Shown: one piece after another, positions 38,582 to 50,191 of the stretch | Layout: each line of letters opens with the position of its first letter | How positions within the stretch are numbered: the first letter of the stretch is position 1 | Notes under the pieces: generated by a model | Seen by the model: only the letters and a program-made list of their open reading frames with translations | What the model was told of the DNA's origin: nothing | The model's database searches: none | DNA from: Octopus bimaculoides | Lineage: Eukaryota | Assembly (NCBI RefSeq): GCF_001194135.2 | Contig: NC_068993.1 | Coordinates: 22,538,286 to 22,588,894 of the forward strand | Reading direction: 5' to 3' | DNA: 50,609 nucleotides | Made by a program: the position numbers and the translations under genes

Positions 38582-38785
38582 CCCAGCAAGGACTTCGCCA
38601 ATCATTCCATTCCAGTCTCCGTTGTCCATTTTAGCGCCAAAGTTTCCGTCGCCAACGAGATACAAATCATATTCAAAACCCAAGCGTTTCGATACGACAT
38701 CCATTAAATCAACCGCGAAACCTCTAAACCGGTCGTTTCCGTATCGTTTTTCGTAATCGTCTTTATACATAGTGAATGGCTTTTC
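38582..38785 (-). CDS. iGluR exon: S1 (EKPFTMYKDD...RFRGFAVDLMDVVSKRLGFEYDLYLVGDGNFGAKMDNGDWNGMIGEVLAG)
   Basis: Acceptor tttttttccag|GAA and donor GGG|GTAATT; 204 nt, phase 0 to 0; GF..DL and WNGMIGE motifs. Confidence 0.96.
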
Positions 38786-39549
38786 CTGGAAAAAAATTTC
38801 AAGCTTGACTGTGTGTAAGTACGCACGCATATGGACATGTACAACCATAGATATTTACAATTGGTGTTAGGAAAAGCGGAATAATTTGAACAAATTAAAG
38901 TATACCCAATATCTGAAACAGAAAGAATATCTAACATAGTATAAACTTGATTGCTTCTCATTAATTCAAGTCACTTCACTTTAGTCAGCACCACATCACC
39001 GAAGCCCACAAGAAACTCGGAGTAACAGTAAGATAGTATACTTTAATATATACATTATTTCTGCTCTGTCATAGCGAGATAAATAACCGTACGTTAGAAC
39101 TCAATATTCTTATAATCATCGTCCTCTGCGAGCACCGACACGTCAAGTAACAGTAATACCTTCACTCGGACCAGAAGACAGCAACAGAAGTGCAGAATAA
39201 AGTGCTAATTATAAATGTCAAAAGAATACGAACTAATATCTAAATCCATTGGCTTACATGTGTACGAAATTAAAACCATGCATAGTAATGAATATTGTCT
39301 CATTCAAATTCAATTCCCTTAGTCAGAGCCTCGATGAATATGATTATTTGACAAAAAACAAAAAAAAAAAAATTAAAAAACTGAGAGTAAACAAGTAAGA
39401 TTTTAAACTCTAATAACATTTTTGCATTTACCACAAGGAAGGAGAGTGAAAAATCATTAAAATAACAACTTACAAAACCTGTATATTTTCATGCAAAATA
39501 TATTACAAAAATCACTTATGAAACTGTTTACAAGAGGTCTTGCTTCAAA

Positions 39550-39750
39550 TTTTGTACAATGCCAACAACTTGGCGGAGGAGTTACATCGATTACATCGAT
39601 CCCAATTCTCAACTGGTACTAACTTTATCGACCCTAAAAGATGAAAGCAAAATCGATCTCGGCGGAATTTGAACTCAGAAGGTAAAGTCGAAGGAAATGC
39701 CGCAATACATTTCGTCCGGCCTGCTAATGCTTCTACCAGCTTACCGCCTT
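39550..39750 (-). mobile_element. Diverged SINE copy
   Basis: Homologous by eye to 30398-30608. Confidence 0.75.
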
Positions 39751-40195
39751 ATAGTTATTGTAGTAACATTAATATCAATGTTTTCTTCAGTCTTTGTCAA
39801 AACTTCTTACATTTTCACGAGGGGCTATGGTCGGCTACATTTTCCTGGTAATTATGTTGAGAAAAAAAAAAAAAGATTTGTACTCTGTAAGTAACATGAC
39901 GCAACTAAATACTGAAAGCCCGACATTGTATCATTACTGTAAATATACGGAATGGAATAAAATCACAGTAATGATTAATTCATTACATTACTCAAAGCAG
40001 ACATAAATGTATTGTATAGACTCATAAAGATTATGAGAAAACCTCGAGCGTAAAAGGAGGCAAAAACTAAATATACTTATATATATTTCCAGGTTCGAAC
40101 TTCCTAACTTTCTATTTAAAGAAATATTCTGGAGGAAATGACATAGTCGATATGATGCACCAGAGTACTTCCCTGGAATTATAAAAATAACTTAC

Positions 40196-40315
40196 CAAGA
40201 TAGAGACCACTTTCACTCTGCGTCCCTTTAAAGGAAACATATATGTGATATTCGGATGGATTTTACGTTGATACACATGAAACTGTTTGGAAGTAGTAGA
40301 ATTCCAGATTGCAAT
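40196..40315 (-). CDS. iGluR exon: ATD-S1 linker (IAIWNSTTSKQFHVYQRKIHPNITYMFPLKGRRVKVVSIL)
   Basis: Acceptor ttttcag|ATT and donor TTG|GTAAG; 120 nt, phase 0 to 0. Joins to EKPF to give the usual V..ILE.PF S1 start. Confidence 0.88.
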
Positions 40316-40568
40316 CTGAAAATATATGTAACAAATAAATATTAAGAGAAAAAAATTTGAGGGAAATAACCATAGAAATATTAAATCAGGTAACTAATTA
40401 GTCTTGTATTGAAAAAGTAAAAATATCTCATTCATCAATGAATAATTAGATTTTCAAATTATACATGTTACTTGAATTATTACATACATGTAACCTAAGT
40501 TATATACATACTATTGAATACTTTGCTGCTTAAGTTATCATATATTTGGCTCCAGCTGCTACATATAT

Positions 40569-40780
40569 CCTTTCTACTAAAGACACAAGGCCTGAAATTT
40601 CACGAGAGGGGCTAGTCGATTACACCGACCCCAGTGAAACACAGGTACTTAATTTATCGACGCCGAAAGATTGAAAAGCAAAGTCGACCTCGGCAGAATT
40701 TGAACTCAGAACGTAAAGAGGGATAAATACCGTTATGCATTTTCCCGGTATGCTAACAATTTTGCCAGTGCGCCACCTTA
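40569..40780 (-). mobile_element. tRNA-derived SINE copy
   Basis: Homologous by eye to 30398-30608. Confidence 0.8.
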
Positions 40781-41207
40781 CAGCTACCACGTATATGTCA
40801 CTTCTACTACCATGCACATTGCTTCAATTCGCAAAAACATACAACTTCAGTTGTTATATACATATTGACCCCTACATATAATTTGTCACATTAGGGGAAA
40901 TTACATGCAGGCATATACTCCTTAAGAAGAAACTCAGTCTCAAAGTTAGTAAAGATCAAAAATGTTCACACACGAGTAGAATGTTTAAAATATGAATTGA
41001 GTGATTACATGTTGTAGAATCGCATTACTGAAGGAGATACACATTTTATAAGAAAGTTTAAAATACCGCTCAAGGCGTCTGCTATGTATTAAGGTGATGG
41101 CTTTTGCTCCAAGGTATTGTATATACTATAGTACGCTAGGCGTTCTGAAAAGAAATTGGCTTTTATATATCCTCGAGAAAACATATTAAAGAGAATGAAA
41201 TACTTAC

Positions 41208-41312
41208 TTTTTGTGTCATTTCCCCAAAAACTGCTGTAAAGTATAGATTAATACCTTTTCTTTTCCCTCTTTTGCTTAAGTGCATACATCCAGTTTCCAA
41301 ATGTTTCTTAAA
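41208..41312 (-). CDS. iGluR exon: ATD end (FKKHLETGCMHLSKRGKRKGINLYFTAVFGEMTQK)
   Basis: Acceptor tgctttgctttcag|TTT and donor AAA|GTAAGT; 105 nt, phase 0 to 0, open. Confidence 0.8.
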
Positions 41313-41436
41313 CTGAAAGCAAAGCAAAAGCAAGTTGTTTTGAAAATACTGAGAAAAACTACAGAAGAAAGGACAGATCGGAAACAAATTTGTTTGCAGA
41401 GAACTCGTGTGCACTCATTTCAAATATATACCAAGA

Positions 41437-41438
<2 letters not shown>

Positions 41439-41522
<84 letters not shown>
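41439..41522. repeat. (CA)n microsatellite
   Basis: Seen directly. Confidence 0.95.
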
Positions 41523-41527
<5 letters not shown>

Positions 41528-42753
41528 CGCACTATATTTGGCCTAACAGACTTTTTAGTTGAGTTCATTTATGGACTGTTGGTTGACAACTGAAGCTTCT
41601 AAACGTTGATTATAGTATATTCTTATAATTGTTGTTACCCTGGATTGTGCTAGTAAATGTTCAAACATGATTACGTTAGCAAATGTTTGAACAGAAACTT
41701 TGAGATAATGCGATTTTCGAGTATGGAAAACAAAGTGTGGGAATTCAGTCTGTAAGCAGGAGAGTAAATATATACAGAAGTTTTAAATGTTCGCTCTATG
41801 ACTCTGCATACTTTTAATGTGAGTTTTAAAGAAGCTTTGTTTTTTACAAATAGGATATTTCTCTAGGGCTGACACACTCACGTACGTGCGTACATACTCG
41901 TATTTTGATACGAATACATTGATGTTGCAAAATAATTGAAGTCATAATGATACATAAAATGACGTGAATGATTGACCACTTTTTACGTTTTTTCTCAATC
42001 TCAGTCCTTCAAATGATTTTCTTTGATCGACTGAGCACAAAATCCCTTTATTATTAACGCTGAACTGTATCCTGTGACATTGTAACATTTATATATGTCC
42101 TAAAGTAATTAACATCATGAACGATTACTTGCAAGAGATGAAAATTAAAAGTTGATTGCTGTTTCAATTCGCCGCGAGCTTACATGATCCTCGATGGTGT
42201 ACACCAATCATGCATACATATTTTAATCGATAAAATCCTCATTAAAGAAACAAGAATGACATCATAGGCTTTAGTTCGTCAGATGGATATTCTGTCAAAT
42301 TCAATCAGGAGTATTATAATTGTTCAATCAGCGGAACTACTTTCTGAGTTTTACGCAAACACATTAAATAGTTTAAGTTGATTCAGCTTGTCATTATGTG
42401 CGACCCCCCCCCCAAAAAAAAAACACTATACATTCGCATTGGAGGGATGCTAAATTGGACGGGCTTCAATTTAGTTTCCGTTGAAGCACTTCTACTACAG
42501 TCTTTGAAACTAAGTTATTGTAGCGAAGTCTTGCCTACAGCTTTCCACTATGGAGTCGAATGTGAAATCTCTGGTTACAAACAAAATTACTGAAATATTT
42601 AATCATCTCTGAGCCCAAATTTTTACAGAGTTGTGTACATGCATAATCACAAATAGTGACATAGAAAATTACAGAAGCTGACACGTTCACCCCTACACAG
42701 ACACAGTTACACTCATATATAATCAATTACAGCATTATCATTTTTAACGTTAC

Positions 42754-42990
42754 CTTCTGTAGTTTCCGTTTAGTTTTCTCCCTCATTTCCTCGATGTTAG
42801 GATATCGTTTCAATGATATAGATGCGTTCTTCAGCATTTCAACTATATCTGAAACCACTGCCCGTGGATAACTTTTAGTGTTACTCAAGGTATCATCACT
42901 ATGACCCTCTCTTAACGGTAAATAACTGAGAACAGTGAAATTGGTGTTCATGGCCACAAAGGAACGTAGGGTTGAGCTTATATAACCATC
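42754..42990 (-). CDS. iGluR exon: ATD (DGYISSTLRSFVAMNTNFTVLSYLPL...YPRAVVSDIVEMLKNAS...KTKRKLQK)
   Basis: Acceptor ttcttttccttatcag|GAT and donor AAG|GTAACG; 237 nt open, phase 0 to 0. Assignment rests on splice signals and phase rather than motifs. Confidence 0.75.
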
Positions 42991-43559
42991 CTGATAAGGA
43001 AAAGAATAACATCATATTATAACAGAAACATATATAGACATATAGACACACATAAACAGATATATACATATATAACTTCCACATACATAAAAAATACATG
43101 ATATTATTATATTTATGATATTGTTGAAACTCACAAATTTCACAAATCGTTTCTATGAGCCGTACGTAATCGAACTTAGGATGAAAGTAAAACAATTGCA
43201 ACAACAAAAATGTATTTAAAGACTGCAAAGTGCATTTTGATGGAGAAAAATGGTAAATGTCTTTGGCTTAGTGACTAGAGCATACTTTTAGAATATAAGG
43301 AGGACGTTGGATTGATCGTATGAACGGTAGCGAAAATGAAATAGTCATTTCCAAAGAAAATTTTAATAATATTAAATAAAAATATTAAAAAAAAAAAATC
43401 GATGCATTACGAAATAATTATTAATGCATTGCTAGTTTTGGCAGATGTGAACTGCAATAAAAATAGCAACATATAATCAACTTGGAAAAACAAATTAAAA
43501 TTAATATACGTGTGCTGAAGCTTGAATTTTAAAGCATAAGCGTGAGAGAAGAATGGGAG

Positions 43560-43565
<6 letters not shown>

Positions 43566-43650
<85 letters not shown>

Positions 43651-43687
43651 GAGGGAGAAAGAGAGAGGAAGAGAGAGAGAGAGAGAC
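43566..43687. repeat. (GA)n microsatellite
   Basis: Seen directly. Confidence 0.95.
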
Positions 43688-44099
43688 ACACACATTGCGT
43701 GGAGATTAGACATATGTTGAGCGCTGACATCATTTCTCGCTTAATTTTAACAAAATGAATACATTCGAAACTTACATGCATGTGTTTATGTGTAAAAGAA
43801 AAACATGGAAATGATCAAGCACACCAAAACATGTATGACAAAGAAGACCTGCATCATGGAAACGTTTAACATCAATTGACAGAAATTTTAAAAACAATTA
43901 AAAGTTATAACAAAATAAATTATAATAAAAATATGTTAGTTAAATATAACAGATGATAAACAGTATTAATTTATGGAACGATAATTGACAGTCAAAAAGT
44001 TCAAATTCGTACGCTTTATCATATTCGCCTCATATGGTAGATAAACAAGGAACCTATTCCAAACGTCTGGTAACATGCATTTATCTAGGAGTGCCTATA

Positions 44100-44242
44100 A
44101 AAGACGGAAGATGGCAGAATCGTTAGAGCGTCGGGAAAAATGCTTTACGTTGTTTCTTCTGACACTATACATTCTGAGTTCAAATTCCTCCGCGGCCAAC
44201 TTTGCCTCTCATCACCCCGTGGTTGATAAAATAAAGAATAGT
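44100..44242 (+). mobile_element. 5' part of a SINE (opposite orientation to the copies at 30398-40780)
   Basis: ggcagaatcgttagagcgtcgggaaaaatgct...ttctgagttcaaattcc...actttgcctctcatc...gataaaataag. Confidence 0.75.
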
Positions 44243-44689
44243 CAAATACAACGGACGAGTGAGAGAACTACAGTAAGAGCCGTACATGTAAGAGTTTGAT
44301 TTTCCCAAAATCTAAGCCGGGTTTTTACATGTTCTAAATGTATTTAGAAATATTTGTTAAAAACCTATTTTCCGGAGTTGCTGAACGAATTCTCTTGCAT
44401 GTAGAGTTTGTTTTCAAATGTTTTGTTAATTTGGTATATGTATCATATAGATCCTATTTTGTTATTAGTTTGCACTTTTTCCCTGCTCAAACGCTTGTCA
44501 TTAAGGTGTAATATGTTGAGATCTGTACAAATACAAGTTGGAATTTTTCATTTTCCTTCATTTCGGAATGTCTTTTTACATTCAATTACCTTCAACGTAA
44601 TCAGTTTAACTTTTTCACCAAAGTTGAATGTTGGGTTAACCAACTAAAATTCCCCGGCTCTACAGTTCTATATTTAAGAGATAAGGAAT

Positions 44690-44935
44690 TATGTACATTA
44701 TTTACATTTAACGAATATTTGTCCTCATCTTGTTTGTTGTTAACACAATGTTTCAGCTGACATACCCTCTAGACTTCATCAGGTGTCTTGGGGGAAATTT
44801 CGAACCTGGGTTCTTATTCCTAAGGTATTTTTCGATGTTATTATTATTATTATTCAGGTCACTGCTTGGAGTTGAACTCAAAGTCTTGGGGTTAATAGCC
44901 CACGCTCTCAACCACAACGCCATATGCCCGTAGGC
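44690..44935 (-). mobile_element. PLE terminal repeat (family B): tRNA-like head, (AAT)n, hammerhead
   Basis: Directly follows the stop codon of the PLE endonuclease; inverted copy at 45455-45710. Confidence 0.8.
44742..44787 (-). ncRNA. Type I hammerhead, family B (stem II decayed)
   Basis: GACAC-CTGATGA-A-GTCTA..CAGCT-GAAA-CA-TT|GTGTT; stem I 5 bp and core intact. Confidence 0.6.
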
Positions 44936-44959
44936 AATTTTAGAGTGAATTTTGGGACT

Positions 44960-45430
44960 TATAAATCTAATATTTTCCTATGCTTCCTTAACACCGGTTC
45001 CCATGTGCTACTCATATCTACACTCAGTCTGTTTAGGAGGTCGTTGTGTCCTAGCATATATGCTACTTCTTTTAGTTTTCGTATTTTCCAGTGGTGTTCT
45101 CTGCCTATTATTTTAACTTCATTCTAGAGGGAGAGGTGGTCTCCATTTTTCTATACATGATCAGCTATACCCGATTTATCAGTGTCTTCTCGTGTCACAG
45201 CTTTGCGATGTTTGTCTACTCTTATTCTGAGGGGGCGACATGTTTCGCCTTTGCATAACCTAACACAGCTGCATGGGATGGAGTACACATAGTCTTTGGT
45301 CATATTCTCTTCTATTGGTGGTTTTAATAGGAGGGGATATTTGCGAAGTGTTGTATTACTTTTGAAAACTATGCTGATGTCACATGGCCCGCATATCTCT
45401 TGTATATTTTCGGAGAAGCTTTTCACACAT
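44960..45430 (-). mobile_element. PLE GIY-YIG endonuclease coding relic (5'-truncated)
   Basis: VKSFSENIQEICGPCDISIVFKSNTTLRK...KDYVYSIPCSCVRLCKGETCRPLRIRVDKHRKAV...KSGIADHV, then (frameshift) VKIIGREHHWKIRKLKEVAYMLGHNDLLNR...WEPVL. Confidence 0.88.
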
Positions 45431-45454
45431 GTGAAAGCCCTGTCCGAAAAGATA

Positions 45455-45710
45455 CATATGGCGCAGTGGATAAGAGCGCGGGCTACTAGACCCAAGATTC
45501 CGAGTTCGATTCCAGGCAGTGAATTGGATAACAACAACAACAACAATAACAATAATAATAATAATAATAACATCGAAAAATAACTTAGGAATGAGAACCC
45601 AGGTTCGAAATTTCCCCAAGACATCGGATGAAGGCTGGAGGGTATATCAGCCGAAACGTTTTGTTAACAACAAAGATGAGAACAAATATCCGTCAAAAGT
45701 AAATAATGTC
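45455..45710 (+). mobile_element. Inverted copy of the family B terminal repeat
   Basis: A box TGGCGCAGTGG (45459-45469), B box GAGTTCGATTCC (45502-45513), (AAC/AAT)n, then a hammerhead. Confidence 0.85.
45620..45665 (+). ncRNA. Type I hammerhead, family B (U4>G)
   Basis: GACAT-CGGATGA-A-GGCTG/GAGGGTATAT/CAGCC-GAAA-CG-TT|TTGTT; perfect 5 bp stem II and palindromic ACGT. Confidence 0.7.
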
Positions 45711-46955
45711 CCTGGTTCTAATTTTAAATAAGTTTCTAGGTCTCATAGTGCATCTATGCAATTGTTCTGCTCCGAGTCTTTATAACTGGGTGCGACTGTT
45801 TGGAAGGTAGCTTCATCCACAGCTACATAATACATACATACATACATACATATGTATAAATATTTTATAATTATAAACATAATTATAATTAGGGGTCAGC
45901 TAATTACTTCACCACGCACCGAATTTAGAAATAGGAGTTAAAATTCCTTTTCTGCTACCATAAAGATCTCCCAGATAGTTATACACTTTTTTACGTAGGC
46001 AAAAAGAAAAAAAATAACGAATCCACACAACTCAGATTAGCTACATACGCGTTTCGTGATTAAAGTAAAGTTATATTTACTCACTTAATTCGCCTCATCA
46101 GTGCAGCAGTTCAAATATAAATTTGAGAGTGCTAGGATTAAATATGTACACAATCGAGCGTCATCGCATAACTGATATCCGACCAACACTTCCAGAAATA
46201 TACAGCCGAGTGTGAACACATATTTATCCTTAATACCCACGTTTATGTTACGAGCAATCCCGCATATATATGTGTGTGTGTGTTTCAGGAATTCATCTGC
46301 GTGTTTGTCTATCTGTCAGTCTGATTAACAATCAGTCTGTCATTCTGAATATAACTAGTATGTTAAACATCACACGAGAAAAAATGTTTCAGTTATTCCA
46401 ATGATATATCCTTGCGGGAAGTAAACAAATGCCTCATGTTAATTTGCCATTGAACTCAAATCAGAAATTAAGACAATGGCAAAAACAAAGATTCTCTTGA
46501 ATTGGCATGCCACTGAAATAACCCTCCCCCCCCCATCTCTGAATGTTGAGAGGTAAAGGTGTAACTGCAAAAATATTATTTCTCCCACCATAAACATCAT
46601 TATCAGAACAGTTTTCCAACCTTCAGGAGAGTGGCGTAGCTGTGTACAAAAAGAGGAAATAATATTCATGGCCTACTTTCATTCGCATAATTTATACAAA
46701 ATCGAGCTGAGGGAAATAACGGAGTGGTATGAAGACGGACAACAAATACGAATTAAATATATTTAATTAAAAACCATATAAGACAAATATTTGATTTATT
46801 ACTTTATTGAAATTATCTTCCATCAACAGAAAATTAAACAAATGCCTAGTTATAAATAAATAAGTATATGTATATATGTGTGTATGTGTACCATGTTGTT
46901 ATAGCTGCCATTTTCTCATTTGTATTTCTATATGTAAGTATGTCAGTGTTGTGCG

Positions 46956-46990
<35 letters not shown>

Positions 46991-48176
46991 ATATATGATT
47001 ATAAGCACACTTATGTGTTTTTATGTAGAAGAAAATTGCAATTGAAACAAAATTTCATTTTATGTATATTTTTAATAGACACAGATATACACACACATGC
47101 ATACATATTCATATATCTATTCATATACATATGTAGCTGACTATGCGTATATTTATTTACATATATGTATACACAAATGTAAATATATATGAATAATATA
47201 TATACAGCCATGCTAATATACATACATATANNNNNNNNNNNNNNNNNNNNNNNNNNNNNNNNNNNNNNNNNNNNNNNNNNNNNNNNNNNNNNNNNNNNNN
47301 NNNNNNNNNNNNNNTATATATATATATATATGTATATGTATTTATAGAAACACGTACATACACATATATGTACACATACAAATTCACATTACACAAATAG
47401 CTATATGTATATATATGAGCATATATTTAGAAAATTGCAATTCAAATGAAATATGTCATTTGATTATATATTTGTTTTTAACGTAGAAAAAAAAATCATT
47501 ATTAATCGAACTCTATCTAACGTAAGAAATCATTAATTACATAATTTGATTTTTAGACACATTCGCACCCGCACATACATCACCCTACTCCCCACACATG
47601 CAAGCACACATTTGCAGTCTCGAAAATCCGCCTTCCAGTGTCTTCAATAGAATGTACTTCCTTTCTGTTTTCTATCATATTTTCAAGTTTCTTCCCATTC
47701 CCAATTTCGTTAACAATCACGTTTCCTCCAGCATAATGCAATGTTTATTCTGCCTTAAATGTCGATATTTTCACAGTCTCAAAAGCCAGATTCTGTGTAA
47801 TTTTCTATCTAGGTTCGTCTTTTTTATATTTGCTTTCATTTCCTAAAAATAATTATTCTTTATATTTTTCAACTTTCTTATATTACTTTGAAGTCAATCT
47901 TTAACACGTACCATTCTAATTTCAATAGTCATTTTATATGTCTAAAAGATAAATTCTCAGCAAATCAATTCTAGTTATTTAATTTAGAAAATATCGATTC
48001 TTTTAGGCTCTCTTTAGGCGGTAAAATGAAGTTTTCGGTACAAGAAGAATTGTTTTCCTTATATTTCTTCTTCTTCCGCTTTTGAAACAAATTCAAATAA
48101 ATTAACACAGCTACATGATCATACATGTCCACCCACATATACACACATATGCGCACATACATATATACATACATAC

Positions 48177-48215
<39 letters not shown>

Positions 48216-48419
48216 TTTTAAATCAATTGTATATTCCATAACTGATCTCCGTCTTACGATAACCTATCGTTGAAGCTCTATGAAAATTATTGTGAGAGAG
48301 TTTGAGCAATTACACAAGCATGAAATCTAGAGTAACGGTGGAGGGAATAATCGACTGAGCGAACCATCAAGTAATTTCTGCCGCATATATTGAGTTCTCT
48401 TCGCTTCTGTGCACAAACG

Positions 48420-48545
48420 TAGATCGACTTTGCCTTTCATCCTCTCGGAGTTGATAAAATAAGTAGCATTTGAACACTGGGGTCGATGTAATCGACTAGC
48501 CCAGTTCCTACAGTTTCAGGCCATGTACCTATAGTAGAAAGGACT
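48420..48545 (+). mobile_element. 3' part of a SINE
   Basis: gatcgactttgcctttcatcctctcggagttgataaaataagtagc...ggggtcgatgtaatcgactagccc...atagtagaaagga. Confidence 0.75.
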
Positions 48546-49003
48546 ATTTTAGAAATTATTTTAATGATTTTAGTCATAGAACAAATAGAACAATAGAATG
48601 CTTGATTGGGTTATCGAGTACTTTGACTTACGGAAGTAGTTCAATGAGGTCATAACTCAGAGGTGACCTCTGAGTGATGTTACTGCTCGAAAGCACTATC
48701 AATGAATGTATTGCACTTGAAGTAAATCTAAAAACTAAATATCTGTTCGCTTGCATCAAAATCACGTCATCGTTAGACGAGAAACACCAGCTCAACGTGA
48801 GATATGTGCAGTTGGATTTAGAAATATCCCGTTTATCTTATCGGTCCTAAGAAAAGCTGCAAGCTGAAAGTTTCAGACATAGCTTTTAATGAAGAGAGAA
48901 TACTGATTGTACTGGCTGTGTTCAGATCCCTACGAACTAAACTTATAAATAATCTCCGAATTGAGGAATTTTATTCCTTTCATAAACATTAGTCTAAAGT
49001 GTG

Positions 49004-49056
<53 letters not shown>

Positions 49057-49091
49057 NNNNNNNNNNNNNNNNNNNNNNNNNNTAAAGTGTG

Positions 49092-49157
<66 letters not shown>

Positions 49158-49199
49158 AATGTAAGAACTTAGTGCGATCAAGGCTGCGTGGCGTTCGAT

Positions 49200-49960
49200 C
49201 ATAAACATTTAAAATAAAATATACAGGACACCACCAACGAGTGAAAAATAGGTAAACACACGAGAGATAGGTAGCCGACAAAATACCAAACGAAGATAAC
49301 TCCTCATCAGTTGTCGGACTATTTTTTACTCCTATCTCATGCTTTCAACGACAATAGAGAGGAACTTCATAAGACAGCAGCATCGAGGCGTTAGTCATCA
49401 CAATTCGTCTTTGCCTTAATGTTTGTCCTCGTCGATTGTTTACTCTATTCATCCATTCTGTCATTGTTTGTTTGTTCGAAGCTCTAACTCTCCATGAATT
49501 TTATATTTTTTAAATAACCGATGAGGAGTTGTCTTCTTTTGGTATTTCCCCCTTTACTTTTCTCCATATTGCCCCTTTGGATGTCATTTTTCTCGGCTCC
49601 CGACATTTTTTCTTCTACATTTTTTTCTACTATTTTCTTCTCTTCCAATTATTCTATTGCCTTGAAAAAATTTCTACCAGGCTCAACGGCCCTTAATGTT
49701 TTTCTTCATCGATTGTTCACTCTGTACGTCCACTCTGTCGTTGTTTGTTCGTTGGAGGCTCTAACTTGCCTATGAATTTTATATTTTAAAAATTTCTGGG
49801 TACTGCTGTCTTATGAAGTTTCCCTATATTGTCGTTGAAAGCACGAAATAGGAGTAATAAACAGTCCGACAACTGACGAAGAGTTATCTTCTTTTGGTAT
49901 TTTGTCCTGTACTTTTCTCTCGTCTGTTTACGTATTTTACACTCGTTTGGCATCTCCAAC
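49200..49960. mobile_element. Rearranged repeat with tandem and inverted copies, probably a PLE 5' end
   Basis: 49215-49382 is inverted relative to 49800-49950, and 49395-49550 is a direct repeat of 49690-49900. Minus-strand translation shows only weak PLE N-terminus resemblance. Confidence 0.5.
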
Positions 49961-49988
49961 GAGTGTGCCCAACAAAATGTGCATTTTT

Positions 49989-50025
<37 letters not shown>

Positions 50026-50147
50026 NNNNNNNNNNNNNNNNNNNNNNNNNNNNNNNNNNNNNNNNNNNNNNNNNNNNNNNNNNNNNNNNNNNNNNNNNNN
50101 NNNNNNNNNNNNNNNNNNNNNNNNNNNNNNNNNNNNNNNNNNNNNNN

Positions 50148-50183
<36 letters not shown>

Positions 50184-50191
50184 GAGAGAGG

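Noticed and set aside
45455-45520. tRNA gene calls here and at 50195-50270
   Set aside because: A and B boxes are present but there is no proper acceptor stem, and both continue into repeat bodies, so they are SINE-type heads.
43125-48110. Possible further 5' iGluR exons (43133-43172 FDYVRLIETICEI; 46590-46640 LRHSPEGWKTVLIMMFM; 47780-47845; 48030-48070)
   Set aside because: Each has a phase conflict, an in-frame stop or a weak donor, and none carries a recognisable ATD motif. The 5' end of the gene is left uncalled.
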